NCBI GenBank assembly: GCA_905331295.1
Contig: CAJNYD010000012.1
Coordinates: 186,001 to 250,000, forward strand
Source of the DNA: Rotaria socialis
Taxonomy: Eukaryota
Direction: 5' to 3'
DNA: 64,000 bases
The position numbers and the translations under genes were made by a program. Positions 48,236 through 61,143 of this stretch are shown piece by piece. Each line of letters opens with the position of its first letter. The stretch's first letter is position 1. Under the pieces are notes generated by a model. The model was not told where the DNA came from and searched no databases. It was given only the letters and a program-made list of their open reading frames with translations.

Positions 48236-48240
48236 TCATC
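44560..48240 (+). pseudogene. Decayed, unidentified, probably multi-exon protein-coding gene within arm A (mirror copy on - strand in arm A')
   Basis: Protein-like frames broken by stops, e.g. YVEKPMPIVTGLHDILLKIISTTISRFNLSPFKNNILNKH, NQKFFYVRERVHCLLEAAGFGYAKSLLHRIELF, YGLISFEQITCIDRAHALQLLERMTDVLSKKIPVQIFLLQSQKPDMKIFDKTDFNGDYDVLYFG, HERWILVGSARHIGIERGLL. Acceptor-like ttttctacttttacag at ~46755. Confidence 0.45.
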
Positions 48241-48341
48241 ATGTAGCTGCTATTGAAAACAGGAAGGCAACATATACTGGATCATTGCATTAACTTCACT
48301 CAGAGTAATACGATATATATAAAAGAACCACCGTCAATTGA

Positions 48342-48981
48342 ATTATTCACTTTTGAAACCTTAGATTTTAGCCACGTGTAAAAAAATGTGTTTTTATACT
48401 ATTCTCATTATTTCTTTTTTTTTCTCAAGCAGTTTATTTTAACCATAATGCAATAACACTAGATACATTTTTCTGTAACTACAGTGATTGAGTCATGCAA
48501 AGTATTCTACAAAATATCTTATATTATTGAATAACAGACGATAGTCTAATTATTACCTATATATTCAAAGTAATTATGTCTTAATGCTACTAAAATATTT
48601 GAAGCACATTAAAACGAACGAATTCTTTCTAGTTAGAATTATTTGTTACACGAAAAAAAATAATGAATACTTCAAGAAAAATAATTCTAGGGCTTGGCAA
48701 TCCTTGATCTGTTGTTATGAAAAAAAAAACCTTTCACTATTATTCGAAAGTAAAAATAGTTATTCGATCCTTTTTTTGTTGTTGTTGCTATAATGACATT
48801 AACCTGTGAAAAATACCTGCATTATTTCATCCTGATGATATTTGATGAATATTGAATTCAAAAACAAACTCTTGCTCGTATCATGAATTATTAATTGCAA
48901 AGTTTCTTTTAGAACAAGCTCGATTGGTTATTACCGATGTAGACAGCTTTTTCCGATCATCGATTTAAATCACCAAGCGTT
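48342..48981 (+). repeat. Segment B, inverted copy of 51137-51775
   Basis: attattcacttttgaaaccttag ... caccaagcgtt; ORFs 48584(+) and 51365-51628(-) share LLKYLKHIKTNEFFLVRIICYTKK. Confidence 0.95.
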
Positions 48982-49009
48982 GGACCCCCACCCCCCTACT
49001 TCACTCTCC

Positions 49010-49280
49010 NNNNNNNNNNNNNNNNNNNNNNNNNNNNNNNNNNNNNNNNNNNNNNNNNNNNNNNNNNNNNNNNNNNNNNNNNNNNNNNNNNNNNNNNNNN
49101 NNNNNNNNNNNNNNNNNNNNNNNNNNNNNNNNNNNNNNNNNNNNNNNNNNNNNNNNNNNNNNNNNNNNNNNNNNNNNNNNNNNNNNNNNNNNNNNNNNNN
49201 NNNNNNNNNNNNNNNNNNNNNNNNNNNNNNNNNNNNNNNNNNNNNNNNNNNNNNNNNNNNNNNNNNNNNNNNNNNNNNNN
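49010..49280. other. Assembly gap (271 N)
   Basis: Run of N flanked by C-rich and G-rich tracts. Confidence 0.99.
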
Positions 49281-50500
49281 GGGGCTCCAGGTGTTAAAAA
49301 TTGATTTTTCATGAAATACGAAATAAAATTGGAAAATAATCAGAATTCAATGATGATTTTCAAGCTAATAAAATTATGTGCAGGTTTTTTTTACCAAGGA
49401 GTATGGCATTTCGTACAGTGTTTTTTTGATACCTGAGACAAAGCAGAAGCTGTACAAATGAAATGGTGATAAAATGAAAAATAAACTTCTGAAAAATAAT
49501 CAGAGCTCAGTGTTAGTTCTTACAATAATAAAAGAAGGATCAAATTTTTTGGTATATCATATTGCAATTTGATATACGGTTACTTTCGAAGGATGGTTTT
49601 CTTTTTCTGTTGACTTTTTTATTCTGAAATAAATCTCATTCAGATTTTGTGAATAATTCAAGAAAAAATTCACCTCTACTATTGAAAATGAAAGTAGTTT
49701 TTCCGATTCATTTCCATACGGTTGAACTAAATCTCACTATAGAAAAGGTGCTGAAGTGCTGGGGGTTCCGAACCTGCACTTTCCCCCTTGGGTACCTGAG
49801 GTAAAATTATTATGAAAATGAGCTGAGGAGGAGTACGGGAAAAATTTTTACGAAAACTGTTTTGATATGAAACTTATGGTATTCGACTGAATTTTTTATG
49901 CTGATTCCGGATATCATATGCATTTTATTTTCTAATGAGCGTTGGATGCTCAAAACCTCAAAGCAGGAGTGCATTTTTCAATACTTTGCGACACCTGCCG
50001 AAAATCATTATTTTCTGAGCATTGAAGAAGAGCAGAAAAGCAGAAACACTCTAGTTTTTTCCCTGGCATCTGGTGGTTCGAATCATATGCAAATGAAAAT
50101 TCTATCTATTAGAACAAAAAGTTAGATAGGTTTGCAAGATTGGGTGGTCGGCGTGGGCCAAGGGACATCAGTCAATTTTGTGTACCGACTGAACTGTCAT
50201 CAAATTAAATTAAATCAAACCAAATATATTTACTTATACTCAAAATTTGGTGCTGAATCCAAATAAATTGGATTAAAAAAAAACGTTGCGTCGACAAATC
50301 GGTTAAATGGTAATTTCTTTCATTAGCAGTAAGATTTTCTACTTTTGTGTCTCGACTAGTACTTCAAAGATTGTTCAAACAAAACTTGCTCCAAAAAAAA
50401 TTAAAAACCAGATATTCGGAATCCGCGTCCCGAACTCTATCAGAGCATGTATAATTCGTTGAAAAACAAGAGTGCTCTATTTTTGGCCTTCGTGCACCTT
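49281..50500. mobile_element. Possible non-autonomous transposon remnant(s) next to the gap
   Basis: Non-coding, patchy GC, G/C tracts and motifs such as ggtattcgactgaattttttatgctgattccggatatc and tggtgctgaatcc/ttcggaatccgcgtcc that look like TE internal repeats; termini not identified. Confidence 0.3.
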
Positions 50501-50626
50501 ACAACCGAATACAACCATATACATGCGAGTAGATGCTAGTACATGAATTGTAGAATTCTAGGTTTTTGGGGAGTCATATGTGATAGTAAGTGCTAGTACA
50601 AGTTGTACCCGTACTTGCGCACCCCT

Positions 50627-51024
50627 CCACTCATAAGTTAACGATTATGCAGTACGTTTGAAATGGCGTATCAAACGGGTTAATTTCAGTATTTTATACA
50701 ATTCACCATTATGATCATATAAGAACATCTTGAACGTGAATAGTGAAACGTCTGCACTTTCTCATCGTATACAATCGAAATGCTGAGTGTGTGCTTAACA
50801 ACTTTTTGTTTGGTTACCTTCCTAAAATGTATCACAGTAACTTCATAAACAAAATAAACCCTGATGATTTCTATTCTTGTCAAATTATCTGCTAATCCAC
50901 AGTAGAGAAAATAGTGTATTTACCATAAGGTAGAATATGCTAGAACAATCTTTGAATTTATTGATTATTAATAAGTACATACCATATATATTTTACTTGA
51001 AGATGGTCGTGGTGTTTGTAGACA
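50627..51024 (+). repeat. Segment C, direct repeat of 54293-54688
   Basis: cataagttaacgattatg ... ggtgtttgtagaca; near-identical ORFs 50686-50883(-) and 54352-54549(-). Confidence 0.95.
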
Positions 51025-51136
51025 AGTTTCTTAAAAATGAAATTCAATATTATGTTTTTCTTTTCAACTGATATTCGCATGGAAATGTGTTCATTTATAT
51101 ACTCACGCAGGCTCTCTCGTTTGTTGTTCGAAGCCT

Positions 51137-51775
51137 AACGCTTGGTGATTTAAATCGATGATCGGAAAAAGCTGTCTACATCGGTAATAACCAATCGAGC
51201 TTGTTCTAAAAGAAACTTTGCAATTAATGATTCATGATACGAGCAAGAGTTTGTTTTTGAATTCAATTTTCATCCAACATCATCATGATGAAATAATGCA
51301 GGTATTTTTCACAGGTTAATGTCATTATAGCAACAACAATAAAAAAAAGATCGAATAACTATTTTTACTTTCGAATAATAGAGAAAGGTTTTTTTTTCAT
51401 AACAACGGATGATGAATTGTCAAGCCCTAGAATTAGTTTTCTTGAAGTATTCATTATTTTTTTCGTGTAACAAATAATTCTGACTAGAAAGAATTCGTTC
51501 GTTTTAATGTGCTTCAAATATTTTAGTAGCATTAAGATATAATTACTTTGAATATATAGGTAATAATTAGAGTATCTTCTGTTATTCAATAATATAAGAT
51601 ATTTTGTAGAATGCTTTGCATGACTCAATCACTGTAGTTACAGAAAAATGTATCTAGTGTTATTGCATTATGGTTAAAATAAACTGCTTGAGAAAATAAA
51701 AAGAAATAATGAGAATAGTATAAAAACACATTTGTTTACACGTGGCTAAAATCTAAGGTTTCAAAAGTGAATAAT
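51137..51775 (-). repeat. Segment B', inverted copy of 48342-48981
   Basis: aacgcttggtgatttaaatcg ... ctaaggtttcaaaagtgaataat. Confidence 0.95.
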
Positions 51776-52407
51776 AAGGTACTTGTTGTTGAAGTGCTTG
51801 TTGTAGAACTGGTGGTGCTGGTACTGGTACTAGTCGTCGAGGTACTTGTTGTCGAAGTGCTTGTTGTAGAACTGGTAGTGCTGGTACTGGTACTAGTCGT
51901 CGAAGTACTTGTTGTTGGTGTCGATGTCGATGTTGTTAATGTTGTTGTTGTAGAACTTATTGTTGATGTGGTTGATGATGTTGTGCCAACTGATGTTACT
52001 TCACTTGTTTGTGGCGCTCCGGTTGAACTGCATTGACATGTGCAAGAAGCATCGCAAGTGATCGTATTCTTTGCGTCACGCCGGTAACGTTCTCGAAGTT
52101 CCTCAAACGAGTTTTTTATCGGTGAAATTTCTATTATTTAGTGTGAACATTTTTTAGAAAAAGCAGGTCGTGTAATGTAAAACATACTCTCAGTGGTCGG
52201 AAATGCATTAACAAGATCCCAACTGGCAATAATTAGAAACCACAATAGGTATTGTCGAGTACCCTATTAATCAAAACAATCGTTACAAGAGTAGACCTTT
52301 TATTCTAACTACTTATAACTCAAATTGGGAAGAGAAAGCAACTGAGTATTTACATTTGTCGTTGTGTTAGCTGCATCCACATAACCACTGTGGCTATGTA
52401 CATTCAT
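51736..52407 (-). CDS. Small secreted Ser/Thr-rich (mucin-like) protein, ~174 aa, 3 exons; apparently truncated at a repeat junction
   Basis: Exons 52407-52354, 52263-52188, 52130-51736 (GT-AG, in frame): MNVHSHSGYVDAANTTTN-GTRQYLLWFLIIASWDLVNAFPTTE-KISPIKNSFEELRERYRRDAKNTITCDASCTCQCSS..., then a long T/S tract, ending LLFTFETLDFSHV*. The Val-rich + strand ORF 51767-52036 is its antisense shadow. Confidence 0.7.
51778..51917. repeat. 63-bp tandem repeat (~2.2 copies) encoding the T/S tract
   Basis: Unit ggtacttgttgt(t/c)gaagtgcttgttgtagaactggt(g/a)gtgctggtactggtactagtcgtcga. Confidence 0.9.
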
Positions 52408-54292
52408 AAAAACTAACTAATTTACATTAAAATAAATGAATTTATATTGTTTTTGCCTTCTCATATCTGACGACGTAAAATAAGAATCAAATTATGGAAT
52501 CATGTGCATTAATGTAATTTTTTTCACAAATGTTGCGTAGAAATTCTCCTGGAATTTTATTAATTAAACAAAAAAATGAATCAACTTGTTTTGCGCATAA
52601 TGTGAAATGAATTTATATTTTTTATATTGGTCATAAATGTTTCCTTACTCTACTGAAAGTAAGGTATATATTTGTACTAAATTCGATCCAGTCCCTACAC
52701 TCCAGAAAAAAATTAATTCAAAAGGTGGTAACACATGCATGTCCATGGCAAGGCTTCCTGTGCCTGGGCAACAAATAATGTGTTGTGACAAAATTAATTC
52801 AAACTAACGGCTTGGGCAAAAGTTTGGCATGAATTTTGTTTTTGATATAACTCTGAGATGAAATGTCGTAGAGACTTGACTTTTTTTTTAGTTTTAATGA
52901 GCAAATTGTTTGACTTTAGAAACACTTTCTATAATTAGACAGTTTATCTTTTTATTCGTCTAATCTATATTTTAATATGTAAGGATAGAATGCTATTGCT
53001 GTAGAAAAAAAAGAACTTTTCTACATGTTTTATAACAGTCGAACGAACACTTTTGAGATATCATCTAGGCCACAGAATTTTCATTATTGGCGATAGTAGT
53101 CGAAAAATAAACTCTATTCTGAGTGAGAGACTACCAGATGCTATATGTTTTATATGAAAAAGAAAGATTATTGAGTGTATTGCCAAATGATATTGTTTGG
53201 AATAAGACACATTTTATCTGTCAGATATTCAGACAAAAGTTTGTTTTCGCGTTGGAACGTCAAATTTGAACAATGATCTTTTTAAATAAAATTGTCGTCT
53301 GTTCATTCCCTTGTATGCTCTACCAATTATTTTAATATCAAATCAAAGCCTTCATTGTAGTGAAATATCAAAAACAAAATTAATGGAACACTATTGCCTC
53401 ATCCGTTAATAGGATGATAGAACATAATTTACTCATATCAAGTCTACTAAATGTTCAATTTATCTCATTTCAATATCTGATTTAAATAATAACCGAATAG
53501 TAGCGAGAGGCATTCCTAATAAAATCTACATTAGTCGCTTCAATGATTATTAATTTCATTGAAATGGAATCTCGAACAATATATCAATGCAATTATCTCG
53601 CAATTTCTACCTGAAATTTCGGACATAACTTTCACAATCAATACCATATTTCGTCTTATGAAGAGCCGTACTGGTTAACTGCGGCCCTTCACTTGACATA
53701 TCGATGGATAAACTAAGTAAAAATATAACGTAGAAGATAAACAGCGCTCTACTGCTCTTATATCGATCAGTTAATAACATGGATGTTTTATAAATTCGAA
53801 AATATCCCTCAGACGTTGTCTGTAGGACACTTTAATCGTTTGCAAGTATTTGAATACTATTTCGCTCCTCAGTATAAAGCAATAGTAACCACTATAATGA
53901 TGTTTTTCTTATCAGAGTGTGTCAACATAAATGGAAACCCAGTGAAAACAGCCCATAAATTAATACAAGAAAAAGAATACTTCTTAGTGAGACGATTCAT
54001 TTTTATTGGCTATTTTGCCACTCAGAAAAAATAAAAATAAGAGTCAATAGCCTTGTAACATTATGTTGAAAATGAATATTTTCATATTTTTGTTTAACAT
54101 TTTTATTGGCAACGTTCTAATACTCTGATTTTTTTGTAAATTAATAATATTTTCTAACTTCATCACATCGCATATTCAAATACGGAATGGGTGTGATTAT
54201 CTAGCTAGTTCATTTTCATATTATAAATTCTGAATGAGCTAGGTTCTAGTACAGTAAGCATAAGCTCTATTGTCGGTAAATACTCCAGTAGG

Positions 54293-54688
54293 CCACCCAT
54301 AAGTTAACGATTATGGAGTACGTATAAAATGGCGTATCAGACGGCTTAATTTCAGTATTTTATACAATTCATCATTATGATCATGTACGAACATCTTGAA
54401 CGTGAATAGTGAAATGTCGGCACCTTCTCATCGTATACAATCGAAATCTTGAGTGCGTCCTTAACAATTTTTTGTTTGATTATCTTTCTTACATGTATCA
54501 CAGTAACTTCATAAACAAAATAAACCCTGATGATTTCTATTCTTGTCAAATTATCTGCTAATCCACAGTAGAGAAAATAGTGTACTTACCATAAGGTAGA
54601 ATATGCTAGAACAATCTTTGAATTCATTGATTATTAATAATTACATACCATATATTTTATTTGAAGATGGTTGTGGTGTTTACAGACA
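54293..54688 (+). repeat. Segment C2, direct repeat of 50627-51024; ends at a single N (54689)
   Basis: Direct similarity; junction tacagacaNttgctaaaattggg. Confidence 0.95.
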
Positions 54689-54689
54689 N

Positions 54690-57600
54690 TTGCTAAAATT
54701 GGGAAATCAGTTGGCTCTCAAAAGTTCAATCTTTTTTTTTATCAGGCTTCTAATGAAGGACTGCTTAACGATTTTTTATCTTATACATCATCTAATGTTG
54801 ATCATGATGGTCTTGTTATATCGAATTTAAAATAAGAAGGCCGCGTTCTATGCCAATATGCCGAGCGCTGCCAACTAAGATCCATCGTCCGTGTGAAAAT
54901 GTTAGTTTATACGATCTTCTTAAAATAAAATATTTTTAATCAATGATAACCGATCAAAAATTGTGCACTGTCTATTTCGATTGCAAGTTCTTCAAATAAG
55001 TTTGATAAATTGTTTTCTAACTCATTCGATTGTGGTGGAAATGCATAGGAATAGTTGATGAAGTTTCGAACAAGTGAGCTCAAGCGACATACGGATGACG
55101 TTGTTCGATCTAGGTTTCTAAGTTAATTCAATATAGAAATGGTTTCGTTTTTTTCCAGAGAGTATCATAGTTAAATAGGTTAATTATGTAATGTTTTCGT
55201 CAATTTCAAGAAAAATGTTTTTAACTAAAAAGATACTTGTCATGATGCCTACTCTAATAGACCAAACAGATATGTAAATTTAATAAAATATTATGCTTCC
55301 ATTCAGTTTTCGATGGGAAACAATAATAAAACAACGACTGTTCAAGAATAATTTTATCACTAAAATAATTTGAAAAAATAAAACACTCTTGAACTAATGA
55401 TTTCCGATATTTCTCTGATGAAAACGATAGAAAAGGTAGCGAACTCGTCATATCCATGGTCGGAGCCTAAGATTTAATTCACTGCTGCATACAGGGAAAC
55501 TAAATAATTGCCTCTCGACGTTATTATTCAAACCTTAGGAATTTCATCATAATAATAAAAAAAGCCTTACAACAGAAAGGCTTTCGCTCAATGGCATCTT
55601 TTTGTTATTAATTTACGCTTACAAGTGCAAAAGAATTTTCTATTACAGAACATTTGTATTGCTGCACAATGAAAATTCATTGGAGGATTGATAAATAGAA
55701 TACGAAACATTTGAAATTCTTTTCTCTTAGTCGCGTTTGTTAGAAACAAAATCAGGATCACTGAGTTGCTTTATTTCAATAATTCACTTTGAAAGCTGTT
55801 ATCGATAGATTCTTTTATGTTACAAACAATCAACGAAATTCTGGTCAGAATGAACAGCCGAAAAATAACTTCGAGATCGTTTATTTAACATGCGGTGCAA
55901 AAGTATTTGTACAAATGTTAAATGCTATTAGAGTATGTTGTCGACTTGTAATTCTACCGAACTTTCAATTTCGTACGAAACATATTTTCACAGGACGAAC
56001 CTGTAAAAGTAGAAAAGTCAAATACCAATTATCTGTAATTCTCAAAACTATCACAGTAAATAAATCGAATTTTAACAACAAAACATGCCGAAGTATAAAA
56101 CGTCATAATCACGATCGAAATCAGCTTTGTCGAATATTTTCATATCCGGTTTTTGACTTTTTAACACAAAAATTTGTAAAGGAATTTTTTTCGAAAGAAC
56201 ATCAGTCATTCTCTCTAGCAATTATAATGCATGAGCTCGATCGATGCATGTTATTTGTTCAAAACTTATCAGACCATAGGAACTTAACAGAGAAAAGAAT
56301 AACTCGCTAAGTGGTTTTTACCGTTTCAAAGCAAGCAGGCTGTGAGAGTGGGAGAGGACACATTTTTCAATCTGTTTCGCAGAAAATCAATATTTTTGGT
56401 AACAGAACGAAAGAAGAAACTAACTTTCAAATCCAATACATCCTTGAAAATAGCATCTTTGATGTTATAAAACGCATGGTTCATCATGGTTTTTCCATCA
56501 AGAAAAAATTCGAGGGACTACAGTACACTTCGCTCTTTGGAACATGCAATAATTCATAAATTCTAAATTCACAGAACCTTTGAAGAAATTAGAATCTGAA
56601 ATTTAGCAGTTGACTTTGAAAATGCATTACTAAAAACTTCAATTCGATTATGAATAGATATGAAAAGCTATCGACAATCGACAATGCAATCTTTTCCTCT
56701 TGAGGAATACACAATGTTCCAATGTTTATTCCAACTATGAAAAATAAATAAATTAGCATTGCAATGATTCAGACTCATTGTCATCGAATTTGTGGTAATA
56801 TTCAGATATTTAACTCAGCTGAATATGATTTAAAACAATTAATGTTGGATCCGATTCAACTGAAAAATATTTTCTAGACACATTTTCCAATGTTTATGCA
56901 TACGTCTCTCTAAATTGAAAGAAAAAGTTCGATTCTATGTAAAAGAGATTTAGCATAGCCGAAACCAGCTGCTTCTAATAAACAATGAACACGTTCACGA
57001 ACGTAAAAGAATTTTTGATTCTTTTATTTAAGAAAACATCATTTCAAGAATTTTTATGGTTGCATCGTGATCTTTAAAATTTATGGTTTCAATACCAAGA
57101 TGTTTGTCTGCAATATGAAGTCTTTCAGGGCACTCCCTGCAGATTTCTCTATGGGGAGAGTGAACTAAAAAAAATCAATATCCATGCTTTGTCTATCACC
57201 TATTATTTGACATCAGTATACATTCAGTAATTCGATAGGCTCCCTTGTCCTTTACGGTTACAACCAAACTTTTCTTCACATTTCCAATATCACAACCATG
57301 ATATACTGAATAGGAATAGATATCCGAATCATACACATAAATTTATGAGCAATACTATCTGTAACAGTTTTTACCGTTACGGTTCACTTCATGTACATCA
57401 TTCTATTCGCTGTATCCTTATGTTCATCGCGCGATTGTCATCATGCTTATTCAGAATATTGTTTTTAAAAGGAGACAGATTAAATCTAGAAATTGTAGTA
57501 GCTATTATTTTAAGAAGAATATCATGTAGACCAGTAACAATTGGCATTGGCTTCTCTACATAATGCTATAATATACGCAGATACGAGTTAATCCGATAGG

Positions 57601-59116
57601 CTATATTCAATGCCTTCTTTCATACTTCAGGAGACTACGAAATTGTATGAATTCAATATAGATTTTGCGTATGTGCGTAGAAGTTCCTTGCTTTTCTCAA
57701 AGGAATGTGTTTTTATATATTTTTCTAGAAAAAACACTATTTTTTGAAAATAAAGTAATTGCAAGCTATACTTATTTTCAACGATCCAATTAGCTTATTT
57801 CATAGTCTTCTAAAACAATCATCAATTTGAACTCATTGAAAGTGATTGAGAAAATAATTCAACTCAATGTCGAACCTAACGAATCATACAAGTAATGACC
57901 ACAGACTGATGTGGTAAACTTGCGCCAAAGAACACAACGTATATCGGTAATTGTTCATATGTTTTGGTGTCTTCTAGTAACGGATGAAATGGGTTAAGTT
58001 GGCCATTTTCAGCAGACAATTTTATTTAGAGGGAAACTCAAGCAGAAAGTTCATTTCTTAGAGTAGAATAGAGAATCTTATTGATAATGTTCTCTCATAA
58101 TAAAACAACATCAGTTATTAGTTTGTAACATTAAAAGTGCTAAGCGTTGGTCTTCAATAATATTTCAGTCATTACTATTGAATAATTTTCTACATACTGT
58201 GTTCAAACAGTTCAAGAAATAGTACGAAAATACATTTATTGTTGAATTGGAACATCAAAATTTTCGACTGAGTTTTACTTTATTTTAAACCGCTTACAAG
58301 ATTTACAGAAGTATCTACTTTTAAAGAGCTCTCATGGCAACGAAAACATTTTAGCAATATACATATTTATGTCTTATCCTTATAAAGAAATCTTTTAACT
58401 CAATCTAGCTAAGAAAAGTTGAGTTATGAAGTCGTTTTTTCATTTAGAAGTTTAGGAGGTGATGTTTTTGTGGTATCTAATAGAAAACATAATAGAAAAG
58501 AGTAGTTGTTCATCATTATTAAAAAAAAAATGAACATACCACTAAAACCTCAACAAAAAGTTTCATCTTTTAGCATCCGTATGAAATCTTTTGGTGAAAT
58601 CAAGCTCGATAACATGTCCTATAAAAAAATGGCAATTTAATATGCCTTCTATATTACTTCTTTGAGTTTGATTCTTAATTATAATTACTGAGTATATAAT
58701 GCTTCAAGTCAGTAAAACCATCTCGAATAAAAGAGAAACGCTGAGTTTTCTTTACGAATTTAATCTATTAAGAAAGTATCTAACATACATAATGATGTTC
58801 TTTTTTAGATGCTACGCTTTAAGATGAAGGTTATGGTTATCCATATTTTTACCGGATACGACCGTTTTCGATAAAATACGGTACGTGTACGAACTGTATT
58901 TTATTTTAATCTTGGTCCCCACAATACCGCATCGGGAATAGTACTGGATTTGATCATATACTTATCGCATGTTTTCATCTATGGCATGTCTCTATGTTTC
59001 AAATGAAAGTACGAGTACGTTGTTACTATTTTATTGAAGAACTGGAAACTTTTGTATTTTAGATTAAATTCACCTTTGACTTATCTCTGTATGTATTAGG
59101 TTAGAAAAATCTATTA
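54690..59116 (-). repeat. Arm A' of long inverted duplication (pairs with 43627-48235)
   Basis: Begins ttgctaaaattgggaaatcagttggctctc (reverse complement of ~48206-48235) and ends ggttagaaaaatctatta. Confidence 0.95.
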
Positions 59117-59419
59117 TATATGAATTTTATTTCTAGACATAGATCACAATGACTATTTGGTTTTCATAGCGTAAACTCCAGCAGATAGATCACATATAGG
59201 TAAATTTTAGTTCAGAGAAGTTTATTCGTTTCTAGGAAATGCAATCTCGAGATGTATTGTCAATACTGTGTGAATCGTTAAAATATGTCTAAGATACGTA
59301 AAGATCTAGTTCAGAGAGCTAATGAATGGCGTGCTGGAAGATGAGGAAAATGCTCCAAAATACTCATATTTATATTAATTTTAACTAGAGATTCAATAAT
59401 TTGTAATTGCAACTAATAT

Positions 59420-60630
59420 CAGTGGCGTAGCCAGGGGTGCGGAGGGGGAGCATTAGTCAATTACCGAATGATTTAAAAGTTGTTGCCCAAGATTTTTCGA
59501 AATATTAGCATTTGCCAATGCAAAAAATCTTGATAGACGTGCATGTTCGAAGCTCCAAGAGATGTTAGTGTAAAGCAGTAACTATGGTTTTAATCTAATC
59601 AAGTGATCCAGGAAGATGAAACAATGGTGTTTTTCTTAAATGGGTGATCGCAATAATTAAAGTTCATTGGTGTTGTTGGGTGAAAATGCTCGATATTTCA
59701 CTTAACTCTGCTTCTGGAAAATGTGACTGAAAGCTCATCAATCTCTTTAAGCATATACAACTATATCGAACGGAAGTGACTGAAGTAATTTCAGTGAAAT
59801 CATTCCCCTAATCCACTTTCCCCCGACGACTCCGCGAGGATTTATCCGGGGAGAATTGATGAAATTATTTTAAATTAAAAAAACTTTTTAACTTTTTTAA
59901 CTTTTAAAAAATTTAGATGAATTTATTAGTAATTAGATATTTCATCAATTTTGGCCAGATAACTCCCCGGAGAGTCCCCAGGGTGTCCCCGCAAAAGAAC
60001 GAAATCCCTAGGGACTCCCTGGGGATTCTTCTAGGGAGAGTTGACTAGGGTTGAACTTTAACGAGGTAAACAGTGACATCACTTATATAACTTCAAAATG
60101 AAAAAAGTTTACAGAAAACATAAAAAATGTAGCTGAAAGCGAAGTCAACATGTATATGATAGTTCTTCGAAAACAAAATCAGAAATTTCGAGCAATGCCA
60201 ATGGAATACTCATGAGTGATTTGAAGAGCATATATGTGTATTTAAATCAGCATCAATAACGCATAGAAACAATTTTTCAGATGTGGCAGTATGTATGTTT
60301 GTTCGTGATTTTTTTGTTTTACTTTTGTATAACTAGTTCATTTTTGTTCTACTCATACTTATTGGAAATGTTGGAGTTGGAGTTCTATTGATACTTTTTG
60401 ATCGAAATATAAATGTTGACATATGAGAATAACGAATATGTTGGTAAAACAGCGCAAAAACATTAAACAAGCTCGCCTCGTATTTAAGAATAACGAGTTT
60501 TCCTCCAGCAAAGTGATAAATTTTAAAAATTGTAGCCCAAGTAATATTCAATTGCCCATTGCTGCCCAATGCTTAAAATATTTCGGCTGGGAAACGGACC
60601 ATGAGTCAAAAACACCTAGCTACGCCACTG
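59420..60630. mobile_element. Non-autonomous hAT-like DNA transposon (1,211 bp)
   Basis: TIR cagtggcgtagccagg / cctagctacgccactg. 8-bp target duplication actaatat (59412-59419) / gctaatat (60631-60638). CAG-start TIRs and 8-bp TSDs are typical of hAT; no transposase ORF seen. Confidence 0.88.
59806..60050. mobile_element. MITE nested in the hAT-like element
   Basis: TIR ccctaatccactttccc / gggagagttgactaggg; internal inverted pair aattgatgaaat / atttcatcaatt. Confidence 0.7.
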
Positions 60631-61143
60631 GCTAATATACTTGTTGGATTTGTTGAAAGAATATTTAAAATTTAAATTCACCGTGGGCTTTATTTTTACT
60701 GTTGGCAACAAGTAAACCACGATAACTTCGTTCATTATAAAAGCGTAACAAATTCTCTTTTTATTTTTATGAATTCACGATTAACTCGATCAATATGTGT
60801 GCACAAATTATGTTCAATAGAAAGATGATAAAGAAAGTTTATGATTGTCAATTTCTAAATTAATAAAAAAATGTGAAAATCCATAAATTCTGTTTTTAGA
60901 AACAAACAGTGGGTACACAAATTATTCAGGTCAATCCAAAACTTTAAGCAGTCGTTTTTCTGTACTATTTAATTACTCTTTAAATTGTTTCATAATAACA
61001 AGATTTTTAAAAAAAATTTATGGAAAACAATGTGAAACTACATTTAATCGAATATAGTATATTTGCTTTTTTGAAAGAATGTTTTTAAGCTTTTTCTGTC
61101 TATCTTATTCGAAAGAAAAGCGACATCTTGAGTTATATACAGC

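Noticed and set aside
44560..48240. Stop-codon reassignment, or an RdRP/Dicer identity, for the interrupted frames
   Set aside because: Neighbouring genes end in standard stop codons, frameshifts are also present, and no DLDGD, DExH or RNase III motif was found.
48980..49312. ORFs made of X residues
   Set aside because: Artefacts of the N gap.
51767..52036. Val-rich + strand ORF resembling a membrane protein
   Set aside because: Antisense of the Thr/Ser-rich exon on the - strand.
55789..56559. 173-aa and 82-aa + strand ORFs in arm A'
   Set aside because: The mirror copy stops after 78 aa and the opposite strand looks more protein-like; treated as antisense shadows.
43627..59116. Palindrome as a giant TIR/foldback transposon
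   Set aside because: No transposase, no convincing TSD at the outer ends, and the arms look like decayed host gene sequence.
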